Shown piece by piece: positions 49,316 through 59,538 of a stretch of 64,000 bases of DNA. This DNA comes from Phycisphaerae bacterium (GTDB lineage: Bacteria; Planctomycetota; Phycisphaerae; UBA1845), in the NCBI GenBank assembly GCA_029260115.1, contig JAJDDW010000114.1, positions 18,504 to 82,503 on the forward strand. The letters are read 5' to 3'. A model generated the notes under the pieces. The model saw only the letters and a program-made list of their open reading frames with translations, searched no databases and had not been told where the DNA came from. Position 1 is the stretch's first letter. Every line of letters starts with the position of its first letter. The position numbers and the translations under genes were made by a program.

Positions 49316-50824
49316 ATGCCAACATCATCAGAAATCGTCCGTGTCCGCTTCGCCCCATCGCCCACGGGCTATCTTCATATTGGCGGCGCAAGGACCATGC
49401 TCTTCAATTGGCTCGTCGCCCGAAAAGCGGGTGGCTGCATGGTATTGCGTATCGAGGACACAGACCAAGCCCGCCATGTGGAAGATTCCTTGCAAAAAAT
49501 TCTCGACGACTTACGCTGGCTTGGCCTCACCTGGGACGAAGGCCCCGAGGCTGGCGGCGACTATGGGCCATACTTCCAGAGCCAACGGCTCGACATCTAC
49601 AACCAATACATGCAGCAGCTACTAGACGCGGGGCAGGCCTACTACGCCATGGAATCACCGCAAGAATTGGACCGCATGCGCGAAATCGCCAAGAAAGAGC
49701 AAGGCGGATTTCGATATCCCCGCCCTGACCCACTCCCCACCATCGAGCAAGGCCAGCTTGCCATGCGCGAGGGCAGGAAGGTGGTCGTGCGATGCAAAAT
49801 GCCCGACGAAGACATCACCGTTCACGACAGCATCCTCGGCGACGTCACCCTTACCGCCGATCAGTTCGAGGATTTCATTATTCAAAAAAGTGATGGTTTT
49901 CCTACTTACCACTTCGCCTGTGTTGTCGACGACGCCCTGATGAAAATCACCCACGTCTTGCGGGGCCAGGAACATCTAATGAATTCGCACAAACACGTCG
50001 CGCTGCAACATGCACTGGGCTTCCCCACGCCAATCTATGGCCACATGCCTGTCATATTCAATCTTGATGGGTCCAAAATGAGCAAACGAGATAAGGAAAA
50101 AGCGATCAAAGCCGGTCTCGCGCCACCAGAGATTGAGGTCCATGACTTTCGTACTGCAGGATTTCTGCCCGAGGCCATCCTAAATTTCATCGCTCTGCTC
50201 GGCTGGAGTACCGGCGACGACCAGGAAGCGTACACCCTAGACGAACTTACGCAGGCGTTTTCGATGGAACGTATAGGCAAGACCAATGCCAAATTCGACC
50301 GGGCGAAGCTACTTTCGTTCAACACCGATTGGGCGGCCCGCCTGCCCGAGCCACTGCTACTAGAGCGTCTAAAAGATTACGCCACGATCAACAATCTTCC
50401 CATTTGCAGCGCAACCGACGACCTACTTTTGCGCCTGCTACAGGCCTGCGCCGGATTTCGCACCTTTGCAGACTTGCAAAAGAAGATCGGCTTTCTATTC
50501 ATCGAAGACGAAGCCATCGAATTTGATCCCAAAGCTGTCAAAAAAGTGCTCGCTAAAAACGACAATGCGGGGTTTTCGATATTAAATCAAACGCTGACTA
50601 AGCTGGATGCCTTGGAAGACTGGACGAAGTCGCCGATCGAAGATTTAGTCAACGATTTATGCGAATCACTAGATACTAAAATGGGCAACGTCGCCCAACC
50701 CATACGCGTAGCCGTCTCCGGCTCGACAGTAAGCCCACCCATCGGTGAAACGCTAGAGCTGCTTGGAAAAGATAAAACACTAATCCGCATCAGAAAATGT
50801 CTGAAACTACACGTAGCGGTGTAA
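49316..50824 (+). CDS. gltX: Glutamate--tRNA ligase
   Basis: RFAPSPTGYLHIGG, RIEDTD, KMSKR, C-terminal anticodon-binding domain. Confidence 0.96.
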   Translation: MPTSSEIVRVRFAPSPTGYLHIGGARTMLFNWLVARKAGGCMVLRIEDTDQARHVEDSLQKILDDLRWLGLTWDEGPEAGGDYGPYFQSQRLDIYNQYMQQLLDAGQAYYAMESPQELDRMREIAKKEQGGFRYPRPDPLPTIEQGQLAMREGRKVVVRCKMPDEDITVHDSILGDVTLTADQFEDFIIQKSDGFPTYHFACVVDDALMKITHVLRGQEHLMNSHKHVALQHALGFPTPIYGHMPVIFNLDGSKMSKRDKEKAIKAGLAPPEIEVHDFRTAGFLPEAILNFIALLGWSTGDDQEAYTLDELTQAFSMERIGKTNAKFDRAKLLSFNTDWAARLPEPLLLERLKDYATINNLPICSATDDLLLRLLQACAGFRTFADLQKKIGFLFIEDEAIEFDPKAVKKVLAKNDNAGFSILNQTLTKLDALEDWTKSPIEDLVNDLCESLDTKMGNVAQPIRVAVSGSTVSPPIGETLELLGKDKTLIRIRKCLKLHVAV

Positions 50825-50849
50825 TCGTAAACACCTGACGCCTATCGCA

Positions 50850-51755
50850 TTATACGCGAATCAACCGATTCACCACGTCCGCATATTTAGCTGACGTGTT
50901 TCGGACGATCTCGTCGGGAAGCTGAGGTCCAGGCGGGGTCTTGTCCCACGTACCCGCTTCGACGAGCGTAGTAAGATAATTACGCACATATTGTTTGTCG
51001 AAGCTGTCCTGATCGCGACCAGACTCATATTTATCAGCGGGCCAAAAGCGCGACGAATCCGGCGTGAGCACTTCATCAATTAGATAATACTCGCCATTAA
51101 GTTTTCCCCACTCAAACTTGGTGTCCGCGATGATAATCCCACGTTTACGCGCATAGTCCGCAGCCTTGTTGTATAACGCGATGCTCCGATCGCGCAGCTC
51201 CTTCATGCAAGACGCGCCCACGAGTTCGCTGGCACGTTCAAAGGAAACATTTTCATCATGACCAACATCTTCTTTAGTCGCCGGGGTAAAAATCGGCTCG
51301 GGTAGTTGTTGGCACTGTTGTAAACCTGCAGGTAAATCGATACCACACACTTGGCCGGTATTGAGATAATCCTTCCACCCTGATCCTGTGATGTATCCAC
51401 GAACAACAAATTCGATAGGCACGACCTCAGTCTTGATGCACCGCATCGTCCGACCTTGCAATTGCGGCAGATATGCATCCAGGCCTGGGGGCGCAGTATT
51501 TTGAATCACTTCTATCAGGTGATGAAGTATATCGCCCTGAAAAAAGTCGAACCAAAAATTGGAGACGCTCGTCAGCATCATTCCTTTTTGAGGTATCGCA
51601 GTAGGAAGAACCACGTCGTAAGCGCTGATACGATCCGTAGCTACGAGCAATATTTCGTCACCAAGATCGTAAATATCCCTCACTTTGCCTCGGCGAACAG
51701 GGACATCTGCAATTTGGGTCTCTGTCACGATTTGCGGTGCATTCAATCTGGTCAT
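50850..51755 (-). CDS. purC: Phosphoribosylaminoimidazolesuccinocarboxamide (SAICAR) synthase
   Basis: GKVRDIY, TDRISAYD, IADTKFE, DEVLTPDSSRFW, DKQYVR. Confidence 0.96.
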   Translation of the reverse strand: MTRLNAPQIVTETQIADVPVRRGKVRDIYDLGDEILLVATDRISAYDVVLPTAIPQKGMMLTSVSNFWFDFFQGDILHHLIEVIQNTAPPGLDAYLPQLQGRTMRCIKTEVVPIEFVVRGYITGSGWKDYLNTGQVCGIDLPAGLQQCQQLPEPIFTPATKEDVGHDENVSFERASELVGASCMKELRDRSIALYNKAADYARKRGIIIADTKFEWGKLNGEYYLIDEVLTPDSSRFWPADKYESGRDQDSFDKQYVRNYLTTLVEAGTWDKTPPGPQLPDEIVRNTSAKYADVVNRLIRV

Positions 51756-52094
51756 GAGTATGGCCCTATCGCTAAAGTACATATAAAACGTCTAGTCTCG
51801 CCCACCCCTAACTACTCCCGCCCGACTTGGGGGCAGACACACGAACGATAAGCCGTCCGAGGGGCGAAAATACGCTGGTTCTTGGCCAGCACGGACAGCC
51901 ATGCTAACGCAATATTCTCAAAATGGGAGCGCTTTTTGCAACTATGCCGACTAAATCATTTGGGAAACCAGCCTGTCCGCGCTCGACGATGCCAAAACGA
52001 TTTGCCATAATGGGCATGATAGCAGGTGTGTGGTTATGATGGCCGCTTAGACCGAATGTCGCCGCGAGAGATTTCAGCTATACTTAGGCTTATT

Positions 52095-53594
52095 ATGCTT
52101 TCATTCGAAGTTTACGAATCTAACAAACTGGCTCAGAACGCCAACTTAGCTGGCGCCTATGTCGTCGGAAGCGACGATGTACCGCTCCGGGCCGATATAA
52201 CCTTTCGCAACGGTATTATCCAATGTACCAAACGAGCCGCTGGACCTGCGGGATTAGCCTTACTATGGAAAATAGACGGCGTCGGAGAGGTGCTGACAGA
52301 AACCGTCCGGCTGTTGGAACGCGAAGCGCCCTATATTCTACAAGTAGAATTAGCCCGAGGCCGACTTCTCAGACTCAATCAGAAAATCGAAGACTGGGGC
52401 CTGTTAGACCAGCAAGAACCTGAAGACGCCTTCAAGCTAATTCACGAAGCGCGCGAGCTACTCATTCAGGCATTACAGGCAGATACCCCCGGCCAGGCTG
52501 CAGAACTGGCAGATAAGTCCCTAGCCGCTGCCGCTCAAGGCTCGGAAAGCCTTTCTGCCTATCATGCAAACGTATTCTTCGAGCGCCGTTTGCGTACCGG
52601 GTCACTACCTCGGCGCGTGCTGGGATGCAGGGTCGCGGACGAAGCCCCCCCCGATCAGGCTAGGGAACGTATCGCAGCTATCTGTAACTTTGTCACCGTC
52701 CCCATGCACTGGCGTCAAATCGAGCCTACGGAACAGACGTATGACTGGAAGGTCATCGATGCTTGGATTGAGCTACTCGCCAAGCAAAAACTCCCCATCA
52801 AAGGCTCGCCGTTATTGTGCTTCCAAGAGAACACGATCCCCAAATGGTTATACGCCTGGGAAAATGATTTTGACACCTTGCGCGATCTGGCGTTTGAACA
52901 TATTCGTCGCGTAGTGCACCGATATGGACAATATGTCCACTCGTGGGACGTATCCAGTGCGTTACACGCGCCAAATTGCATGCCCTTCAATTTCGAGCAG
53001 ATCATGGAATTGACTCGGATGGCTGCTGCTCTAACCAAACAAACCGCCCCAAAAGCTAGCATCGTCATAGACATCGCAATGCCCTGGGGAGAATACTATA
53101 GTCGAAACCAGCGCACTATTCCGCCATTACTCTACGCGGACATGGCCGTCCAAAGCGGCGTCGTATTCGATGCTTTCGGTCTACAATTTAATTTTGGCCC
53201 TCAACTCGACGGCATGTTCGTAAGAGACATGTTCCAAATCTCTTCCTTGTTAGATGCTTTTGGTAAAATTGGCAAACCGATCCAGATTACTGGCATGCAG
53301 GTACCTTCAGGCACAGGCCCTGATGGCACGACGTCTGATAACGGCGATCGACCAGACTTAGCTGGTGGAACGTGGCGAGGAGAATGGAACGAGCAGATAC
53401 AAGCCGATTGGATGAGACAATTTGCGGTCTTAGCGTTAAGCAAGCCGTTCGTTGAAAGTGTCTCGTGGGGCAGCTTCTACGACTACGGAAATCAACCGGT
53501 CCCACACGGCGGCCTACTCCGTTCAGACGCAGCGCCTAAACAGGCCTATCACGAGATGACAAACTTCTATAAAGAACTCAAAAAAGCGACCTAG
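52095..53594 (+). CDS. Protein with a GH10 (xylanase)-like TIM barrel, apparently lacking the catalytic glutamates
   Basis: WRQIEP...YDW...KGSPL...RY...SWDV...DAFGLQ...GKPIQIT...GLL...PKQAY follows the GH10 pattern; extra N-terminal domain. Confidence 0.75.
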   Translation: MLSFEVYESNKLAQNANLAGAYVVGSDDVPLRADITFRNGIIQCTKRAAGPAGLALLWKIDGVGEVLTETVRLLEREAPYILQVELARGRLLRLNQKIEDWGLLDQQEPEDAFKLIHEARELLIQALQADTPGQAAELADKSLAAAAQGSESLSAYHANVFFERRLRTGSLPRRVLGCRVADEAPPDQARERIAAICNFVTVPMHWRQIEPTEQTYDWKVIDAWIELLAKQKLPIKGSPLLCFQENTIPKWLYAWENDFDTLRDLAFEHIRRVVHRYGQYVHSWDVSSALHAPNCMPFNFEQIMELTRMAAALTKQTAPKASIVIDIAMPWGEYYSRNQRTIPPLLYADMAVQSGVVFDAFGLQFNFGPQLDGMFVRDMFQISSLLDAFGKIGKPIQITGMQVPSGTGPDGTTSDNGDRPDLAGGTWRGEWNEQIQADWMRQFAVLALSKPFVESVSWGSFYDYGNQPVPHGGLLRSDAAPKQAYHEMTNFYKELKKAT

Positions 53595-53615
53595 TCCGCT
53601 ACCCAACGGTGCGTC

Positions 53616-53984
53616 ATGAACCCACCAACTTCGCCCGTAACTCAACAACCTCCCACCCTTGATGGCAGCGACATCATTTTCAAACGCATGGCCGTAATGG
53701 TTTGCCTGCTTTGGCTCATCGTTACCGCGGGATTATTTCGCGCACCTCAGCATAGAAAATTGAAGACTGAGCCAGCACCCACCACCTTGCGCATCAACCC
53801 CAACCGTGCGGAGTTATGGGAATTAACCACGCTACCGCGCATCGGTGATACCAAAGCTGCGGCTATCATTGACCACCGCAATACGAATGCCGCCTATACC
53901 AAGACAAACGATCTACAACGCGTTCGGGGTATTGGCCCTAAGACCGCCGCCAGGCTAGAACCTTACTTGCGCTTCGACAACTAG
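53616..53984 (+). CDS. ComEA-family helix-hairpin-helix DNA-binding membrane protein
   Basis: One TM segment, INPNRA, LPRIGDTKA, VRGIGPKT. Confidence 0.87.
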   Translation: MNPPTSPVTQQPPTLDGSDIIFKRMAVMVCLLWLIVTAGLFRAPQHRKLKTEPAPTTLRINPNRAELWELTTLPRIGDTKAAAIIDHRNTNAAYTKTNDLQRVRGIGPKTAARLEPYLRFDN

Positions 53985-54037
53985 TAAGGTTGGCCACGCT
54001 TCAGATTTCCCTTTTTTGTGCTTTGTGCCAAAATTAA

Positions 54038-54799
54038 TTATTGCTGCTGCTGTTGTTGTAGTTCTTGTTCTGCAGCGGTGAGTAGTGGTGGTCGACGGCG
54101 ACGACGGCGTTTTTTCGGTGCGCCGATAGGTCTTGGTTCAGCCTTACGAGGTTCAGCTGCCTCGGCTAGGGGGATCGCTTCTTGGGCGGTATTGGCAAAT
54201 AAATCTGCGTGAACTTCTTTCCACAATCCATCAGCCCGGTTGAATACACCGCCGGAGACCATAATGTTCATGGTCGGGTTTGAGTCTACGGTGCGAATCG
54301 TATCAATTAGATTGCGTACCATAGGGACACCCGTGGGTTCTGTGCCATATATCAATAGGACTTCAGGCCGTAATTGGCCTACAATTGACAAGATTTCGTC
54401 AGCCGGAACACCACCACCGAGAAAATAAACTTCCCAACCTTTGCTCTCAAAAAGATCGGCAGTCATTTGTGCGCCTAGTTCCTCCGACTCCCCGTCGGCA
54501 CAGCAAATAATGATTTTCTTCCCAATCGCCGCAGCGGCCTTAAGTTTCGCCTGTACTTGGTCCGCAATAGCCCGATTGATGCGCGTAGCCATATGCTCGG
54601 AAGCGGCGTTAATTCTGTCTTCGCGATACATCCTATCAACCTGCTCCATCGCAGGCCAAAGCAGGTCGCGATACAATCGCATCGTATCCCCCCACCGCTT
54701 CATTCGGTCTTGAACCAGTTGCCGACATGCCAAGCGATTGCCGGCTAACAGGGGGGTCATGTAATCATTGAGTAGAGAAAGAGTCGCCATCGAATACAC
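54038..54799 (-). CDS. Cobalamin-binding-domain protein (helical cap plus Rossmann domain)
   Basis: LLWPAMEQV...EHMAT cap, GESEELGAQM, GWEVYFLG, IMVSGG. Confidence 0.8.
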   Translation of the reverse strand: MYSMATLSLLNDYMTPLLAGNRLACRQLVQDRMKRWGDTMRLYRDLLWPAMEQVDRMYREDRINAASEHMATRINRAIADQVQAKLKAAAAIGKKIIICCADGESEELGAQMTADLFESKGWEVYFLGGGVPADEILSIVGQLRPEVLLIYGTEPTGVPMVRNLIDTIRTVDSNPTMNIMVSGGVFNRADGLWKEVHADLFANTAQEAIPLAEAAEPRKAEPRPIGAPKKRRRRRRPPLLTAAEQELQQQQQQ

Positions 54800-55260
54800 T
54801 CCTTTTGCTCGGATCAGACAACAAGGCCTCTAGATAGGCCTCCTGCCTGATCCTTGAGAATGATCCGATGCTCGATTTTCATAATGCTCGACGAGCCTCC
54901 GCTCGCCGCTAAGTTCACAATCCGCCCCAATTGCAAGCCGCAAAAAAGGTAATTTGGGCTGCCTGGGTTGTTTAGTAAGAAATTTATCGGCGAAGGCGCA
55001 AAAAAAACTTGAGCGTCGGCAAGCATTACCAACCATGCAGTATTATAGGGCTGTATCTACTGTTCTACATCCGGGAGCGGCGCAACTTCTGCGCTTCACT
55101 AATGCAAGCTCTATTTCGCCATTGCCACGAAACAACAACCGCTGGGTCGAAATCAGACCGGCGTGACTCCGACGGGCGGAGTCGATTTTGAGTGTGGAAA
55201 CCTTATCTCATCCCCACTCAAAGCATGAAAAGATGCGATTAATGAAAAAATCATTTAACT

Positions 55261-56020
55261 AAGCACGCTCTCGACAATGCATCCATAATCGCACCGACCA
55301 ACTTACTCGCCGCGCTGGACGGTCATATCCCTGTACTAGATGGCATCAGAGGTGTAGCTATTCTACTAGTGATGATGGACCACATTCTCCGGCTCGGCGG
55401 TCATAGCCTAGCTTTCGTACCTGAGGCAATCGCCCGAGCGGGCTGGGCGGGGGTTGATCTGTTTTTTGTTCTCTCAGGATTTCTCATCATCGGCATCCTG
55501 TTGAAGACGAATGGGGAAACGAATTAATTGCGAAAATTTATATGCTTCGAACGCTGCGTATTTTTTCGTTGTATTATACTTTTCTAGTCTGCATATATGT
55601 TGCTGGCGCTTCTGTGACAGCACTTGACACCCCAGGGTAGATAATCAGCTCAGCATCAAGTTTGGCTTTGGACATACGCAGCTAATGTCTGGCATTACTG
55701 CACGGGAAAACAAATTTTTGTTGGCGATTGGGTACAGGCTAATCACTTATAGTCTTTGGTAGCGGAACAGCAGTTCAATCTCGTTTGGCAAGTACAGTTT
55801 CGGGATTAGTTTTTTTCATGTTGGACTCGACCGGTTAGTCTTGGAACCATTAATTCCCGCGTGAACGATAAAACACTATCTAGGTTATCAGCTATTCGCC
55901 TCGCCTACGCAATTCGCCCTGAAAGTGACGGCCTCCTTCGGGCTGGCCTGGCTCAGTTGGCATATATACGAAAGGCACTTATTGAAACTTAATCACCGAT
56001 TTGTCTGCAAATTGACGTGA
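55261..56020 (+). pseudogene. Degraded acyltransferase-3 (OafA/YrhL family) gene
   Basis: Manual translation: HIPVLDGIRGVAILLV, GWAGVDLFFVLSGFLI, in-frame TAA at 55525, frameshift to RTLRIFSLYY, HL*SLVAEQQFNLVW, then SWHIYERHLLKL after an apparent internal deletion. Confidence 0.88.
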
Positions 56021-56232
56021 ATTTCAACAATACAGCCTATTGGCACTGCGGCTTCCGTTTAGGCATTCAAAGCTAAATCTCCCTCCTGATTCATAGCAGA
56101 ACGACTTGGACAATAGAGCGGATTCCATGAGTCTTGCATAATCCGTAGTTACAGTCGATCATCATTTGGCTTCGAGATGTTTGTGCGTTTGTGCACCTAT
56201 GGAAGATGCACTATTAGCGAATTGGATCAGAT

Positions 56233-58506
56233 ATGTCCTCCAAAAAATACGCTGACCGAATTATAGAATTCATTAGCCAGGGTGGGTATCAACCCCAAGC
56301 AGCCGCAGAGCTCGCCTTGGCTATGGATATTGGCGAAGACGAGCTTGGCGATTTTCACAGCGCATGTAAAGCGTTGATGAAAACCGGGCGCGTGGCACTG
56401 GGAAGTAGCCATGCCATGATGTTGGCCGAGCCGCCAGCGGTCGTGGTCGGTAGCTTCCGTGCCAACCCTCGAGGCTTTGGCTTCATCATTCTCGATACAC
56501 CCAATGCCCACGGTGATCTATACATCTCACGTGAGAAGACAGGCGGCGCGCTAACCGGCGACCGCGTGCGGGCCCGCGTTTCGAGAAAAGGAAAACGCGA
56601 AGGACGCACGCTTTTTGATGGTAACATCGTTGCGATTGTTGAACGCGGGCAAAGTCAATTCGTCGGAGAACTAAAACACCAGGGTAGCAGCTGGCTGGTA
56701 GTGCCTGACGGGAATGTTTTACACATCCCCATTATCGTCGGCGACCCTTCAGCTAAGCAGGCTAAACCGGGCGACCAGGTTGTCGTGGAGATGACCGAAT
56801 ATCCGACGCCGCAACGCCCAGCCCGCGGCGTGATCGTCAAAGTGTTAGGTAAACGCGGCGATCCCGTTGTCGATATCGAGACAGCGATTGAGCAGTACCA
56901 ACTGCCCAGAGACTTTCCGCCTGAGGTTCTTAGCGAAGCGCGACAGGCCATAGCACACTACGACGTCGACCATGCTTACGAGGACCGCGAAGACCTCCGC
57001 AAGCTAACTATTATCACGATTGACCCGCCAGACGCACGCGATTTTGACGATGCCATTTCGTTAACACTCAATAAAAATGGTACGATCGAGCTTGGCATAC
57101 ATATAGCTGACGTAAGTCATTTTGTTCCACTGGGAGGGGCGTTGGACATCGAAGCGCACAAACGGGGCAATAGTACATATTTGCCTAATTATGTCATTCC
57201 CATGCTCCCGGAGATTTTGTCTAACGGTGTTTGTTCTTTACAACAAGGCGAAGTACGCCTGACGAAAAGTGCCTTCATCACCTATTCTCCACGCGGCGTC
57301 GTCAAGAAAGCACGCGTGGCCAATACGGTCATTCGCTCAGCCAAACGACTTACTTATGTGCAGGCGCAACAAATTATCGACGGCAAACCTGGGAGAACGA
57401 GCACGAAAGTTGTGGCCTTGCTCAAAGACATGGAAAAGCTAGCTAGGACAATCAGAAGTCGAAGACTCAAAGACGGCATGCTGGTGCTGGACCTACCGGA
57501 TTCACAACTTATTCATGACGACAATGGCTGTGTGATCGACGTGGTTCCTACCGACTCAAGCTATACCCATACGATAATCGAAATGTTCATGGTCGAAGCC
57601 AATGAAGCAGTGGCCCGTCTGCTTCACGCTACGGACGTAGCGTATCTGCGGCGGGTACACGAAGAACCACGCGATTTGGGAGAAGGCGGATTGCAACGAC
57701 TGCTACGCGTACTCGGACACGATTTGCCTGACGATGCTGATCGCAAAGACTTGCAAGCGTTGCTTGATAAGGTGCGGGGGCAATCGGAATCGTTCCCGGT
57801 AAATCTCGCGGTTTTGCGATCGATGCAAGCAGCAGAATATGCCCCGCGCGATAGCGGACATTACGCATTAGCTAGCAAAAACTATAGCCATTTCACATCA
57901 CCCATCCGTCGATACCCAGACTTAACCATACACCGCTTACTTGATGCGCTACTCGCTGGTAAATTAAAAACCAAGAAGGGCCGAGAATCCACACTATCGT
58001 TCCAAGACCTCATTACGCTCGGTAGTCATTGCGGCGACCGAGAGAGAAAGTCTGAAGCTGCGGAGCGTGATGTGCGATTGGTTCGCGTATTGCGACTAAT
58101 CGAAAAAGATCACTTGGGCAGCGATTTTTCTGGCGTCGTTACTGGCGTAGCCAACATCGGTGTGTTCGTTCAATTGAATCGATTCCTGGTAGATGGACTT
58201 ATCTTATTCGAAAACATGCCCGACGATTGGTGGCACGTCGACGCGCAGCGAGGCGTGGTCATCGGCGAACGCAGTGGCCGAGAAATTCGTATCGGCGACA
58301 AACTCGAAGTGCGTGTCGCTAGCGTACACCTTTCAACGCGGCGCATGGATTTAACATTAAGCGATGCCCCGCCGCCAAGCGACAAAAAGCGCAGGCGAAA
58401 ACCACAAGGCTCTGAAGCCAAGAAAGTGCCAAATAATCGCAAGGCAACAGGAAAGGGGAAACGCCCCAAGGCTAAGGTAACCCGAAAGAAGAAGAAGCGC
58501 CGCTAA
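56233..58506 (+). CDS. rnr: Ribonuclease R
   Basis: TIDPPDARDFDDA, HFTSPIRRYPDL, S1 domain, basic C-terminal tail. Confidence 0.95.
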   Translation: MSSKKYADRIIEFISQGGYQPQAAAELALAMDIGEDELGDFHSACKALMKTGRVALGSSHAMMLAEPPAVVVGSFRANPRGFGFIILDTPNAHGDLYISREKTGGALTGDRVRARVSRKGKREGRTLFDGNIVAIVERGQSQFVGELKHQGSSWLVVPDGNVLHIPIIVGDPSAKQAKPGDQVVVEMTEYPTPQRPARGVIVKVLGKRGDPVVDIETAIEQYQLPRDFPPEVLSEARQAIAHYDVDHAYEDREDLRKLTIITIDPPDARDFDDAISLTLNKNGTIELGIHIADVSHFVPLGGALDIEAHKRGNSTYLPNYVIPMLPEILSNGVCSLQQGEVRLTKSAFITYSPRGVVKKARVANTVIRSAKRLTYVQAQQIIDGKPGRTSTKVVALLKDMEKLARTIRSRRLKDGMLVLDLPDSQLIHDDNGCVIDVVPTDSSYTHTIIEMFMVEANEAVARLLHATDVAYLRRVHEEPRDLGEGGLQRLLRVLGHDLPDDADRKDLQALLDKVRGQSESFPVNLAVLRSMQAAEYAPRDSGHYALASKNYSHFTSPIRRYPDLTIHRLLDALLAGKLKTKKGRESTLSFQDLITLGSHCGDRERKSEAAERDVRLVRVLRLIEKDHLGSDFSGVVTGVANIGVFVQLNRFLVDGLILFENMPDDWWHVDAQRGVVIGERSGREIRIGDKLEVRVASVHLSTRRMDLTLSDAPPPSDKKRRRKPQGSEAKKVPNNRKATGKGKRPKAKVTRKKKKRR

Positions 58507-59261
58507 GCGCGAACGGGGTTAGTCGGCGGAAGCTGAGCGGTTGACATTTCGCCAGCGAGTAGCCAATCGTTGCGCGGTACGGTGATAGCTGGCATGAGCG
58601 TCGCATGGGCGGGTACGCCAACCACAGTGGACAGCGGCGCGACATCACGGATGACAACCGCACCTGCGCCAATGACGGACTCGTAACCTACGCGCAGACT
58701 TTGAATCACCGTTGCTCCAATACCGACGAAAGCGCCAGACTCAACGGTCACTCGACCAGCCAATCTTGCGCCGGGGCAAATGTGTGTGGCTGTGCCAATC
58801 AATGACTCATGATCGACGATACATCCCGTGTTGAGTATGACGGAGTCACCGATCTGGCAGTGAGCGCAGACCAGGGCCCCGGCGGCGACCACTACATTTT
58901 TCCCCATGGTGGCATTGCTAGCAATATTGGCTGAGGGGTGAACGGCATTGATTAGTTGAAGTCCCAAATCCGAAAGCTTGTGAGCAAAGTCGCGTCGTAC
59001 ACCATTGTTGCCGATCGCGACGATCGCACTATCAACATTGTGTTTCGATCGGATATTTTCTAGGTCATCGGGTAGGCCCAGCACTTCGATACCGTCGATA
59101 CGACGACCGATCATGTGGACATCAGAATCGACAAAACCGATCACATCTGCGAAGCCTGCATTCCGAAGAATATCGAGTACAACCCGGCCATGCCCCCCAC
59201 ACCCTAGGATGAGGCATCGACATCGCGTCTGTTGAGATGGTGTAGTCGTGGACACGTACAT
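58503..59261 (-). CDS. Sugar acetyltransferase, NeuD/PglD family
   Basis: ILGCGGHGRVV, VAIGNNGVR, hexapeptide repeats, VDHE, VVGVPA. Confidence 0.9.
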   Translation of the reverse strand: MYVSTTTPSQQTRCRCLILGCGGHGRVVLDILRNAGFADVIGFVDSDVHMIGRRIDGIEVLGLPDDLENIRSKHNVDSAIVAIGNNGVRRDFAHKLSDLGLQLINAVHPSANIASNATMGKNVVVAAGALVCAHCQIGDSVILNTGCIVDHESLIGTATHICPGARLAGRVTVESGAFVGIGATVIQSLRVGYESVIGAGAVVIRDVAPLSTVVGVPAHATLMPAITVPRNDWLLAGEMSTAQLPPTNPVRA

Positions 59262-59444
59262 CTGTTTCCTAATGCAAGGTTCGTGCGATTCTCACATCGA
59301 ACCACTATAATACGTAATATCGGTCGTTGGCCTGTGCGACTGAATCACGCTCTCCAGTATCCGTAGAGCTGGGAGATCACAAATTATGAAAAAAGCTCAT
59401 TTCCTGGCTGGAGAAAGTCAATCTGGGCGGGTTTGAAAGCCGAT

Positions 59445-59473
59445 TTGACGTTATGGAGTATGCTATCTATACT
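59445..59473 (+). promoter_or_regulatory. Candidate sigma70 promoter (TTGACG-N17-TATACT) for the EpsI-like/TPR genes
   Basis: 5/6 match in both hexamers with 17-bp spacing, 65 bp upstream of ATG 59539. Confidence 0.6.
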
Positions 59474-59538
59474 TCCGCGCCGCGGGTCGCAGAGAATAGG
59501 GATTCTAGCGCAACTCGTTTATTCACAAGAGTTTATCG

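Noticed and set aside
54800-55260. Possible cobalamin riboswitch upstream of the B12-binding-domain gene; hairpin GACTCCG-ACGGG-CGGAGTC at 55165-55183
   Set aside because: No B12-box or other conserved riboswitch core was found by eye; a single hairpin is not enough to call an RNA element.
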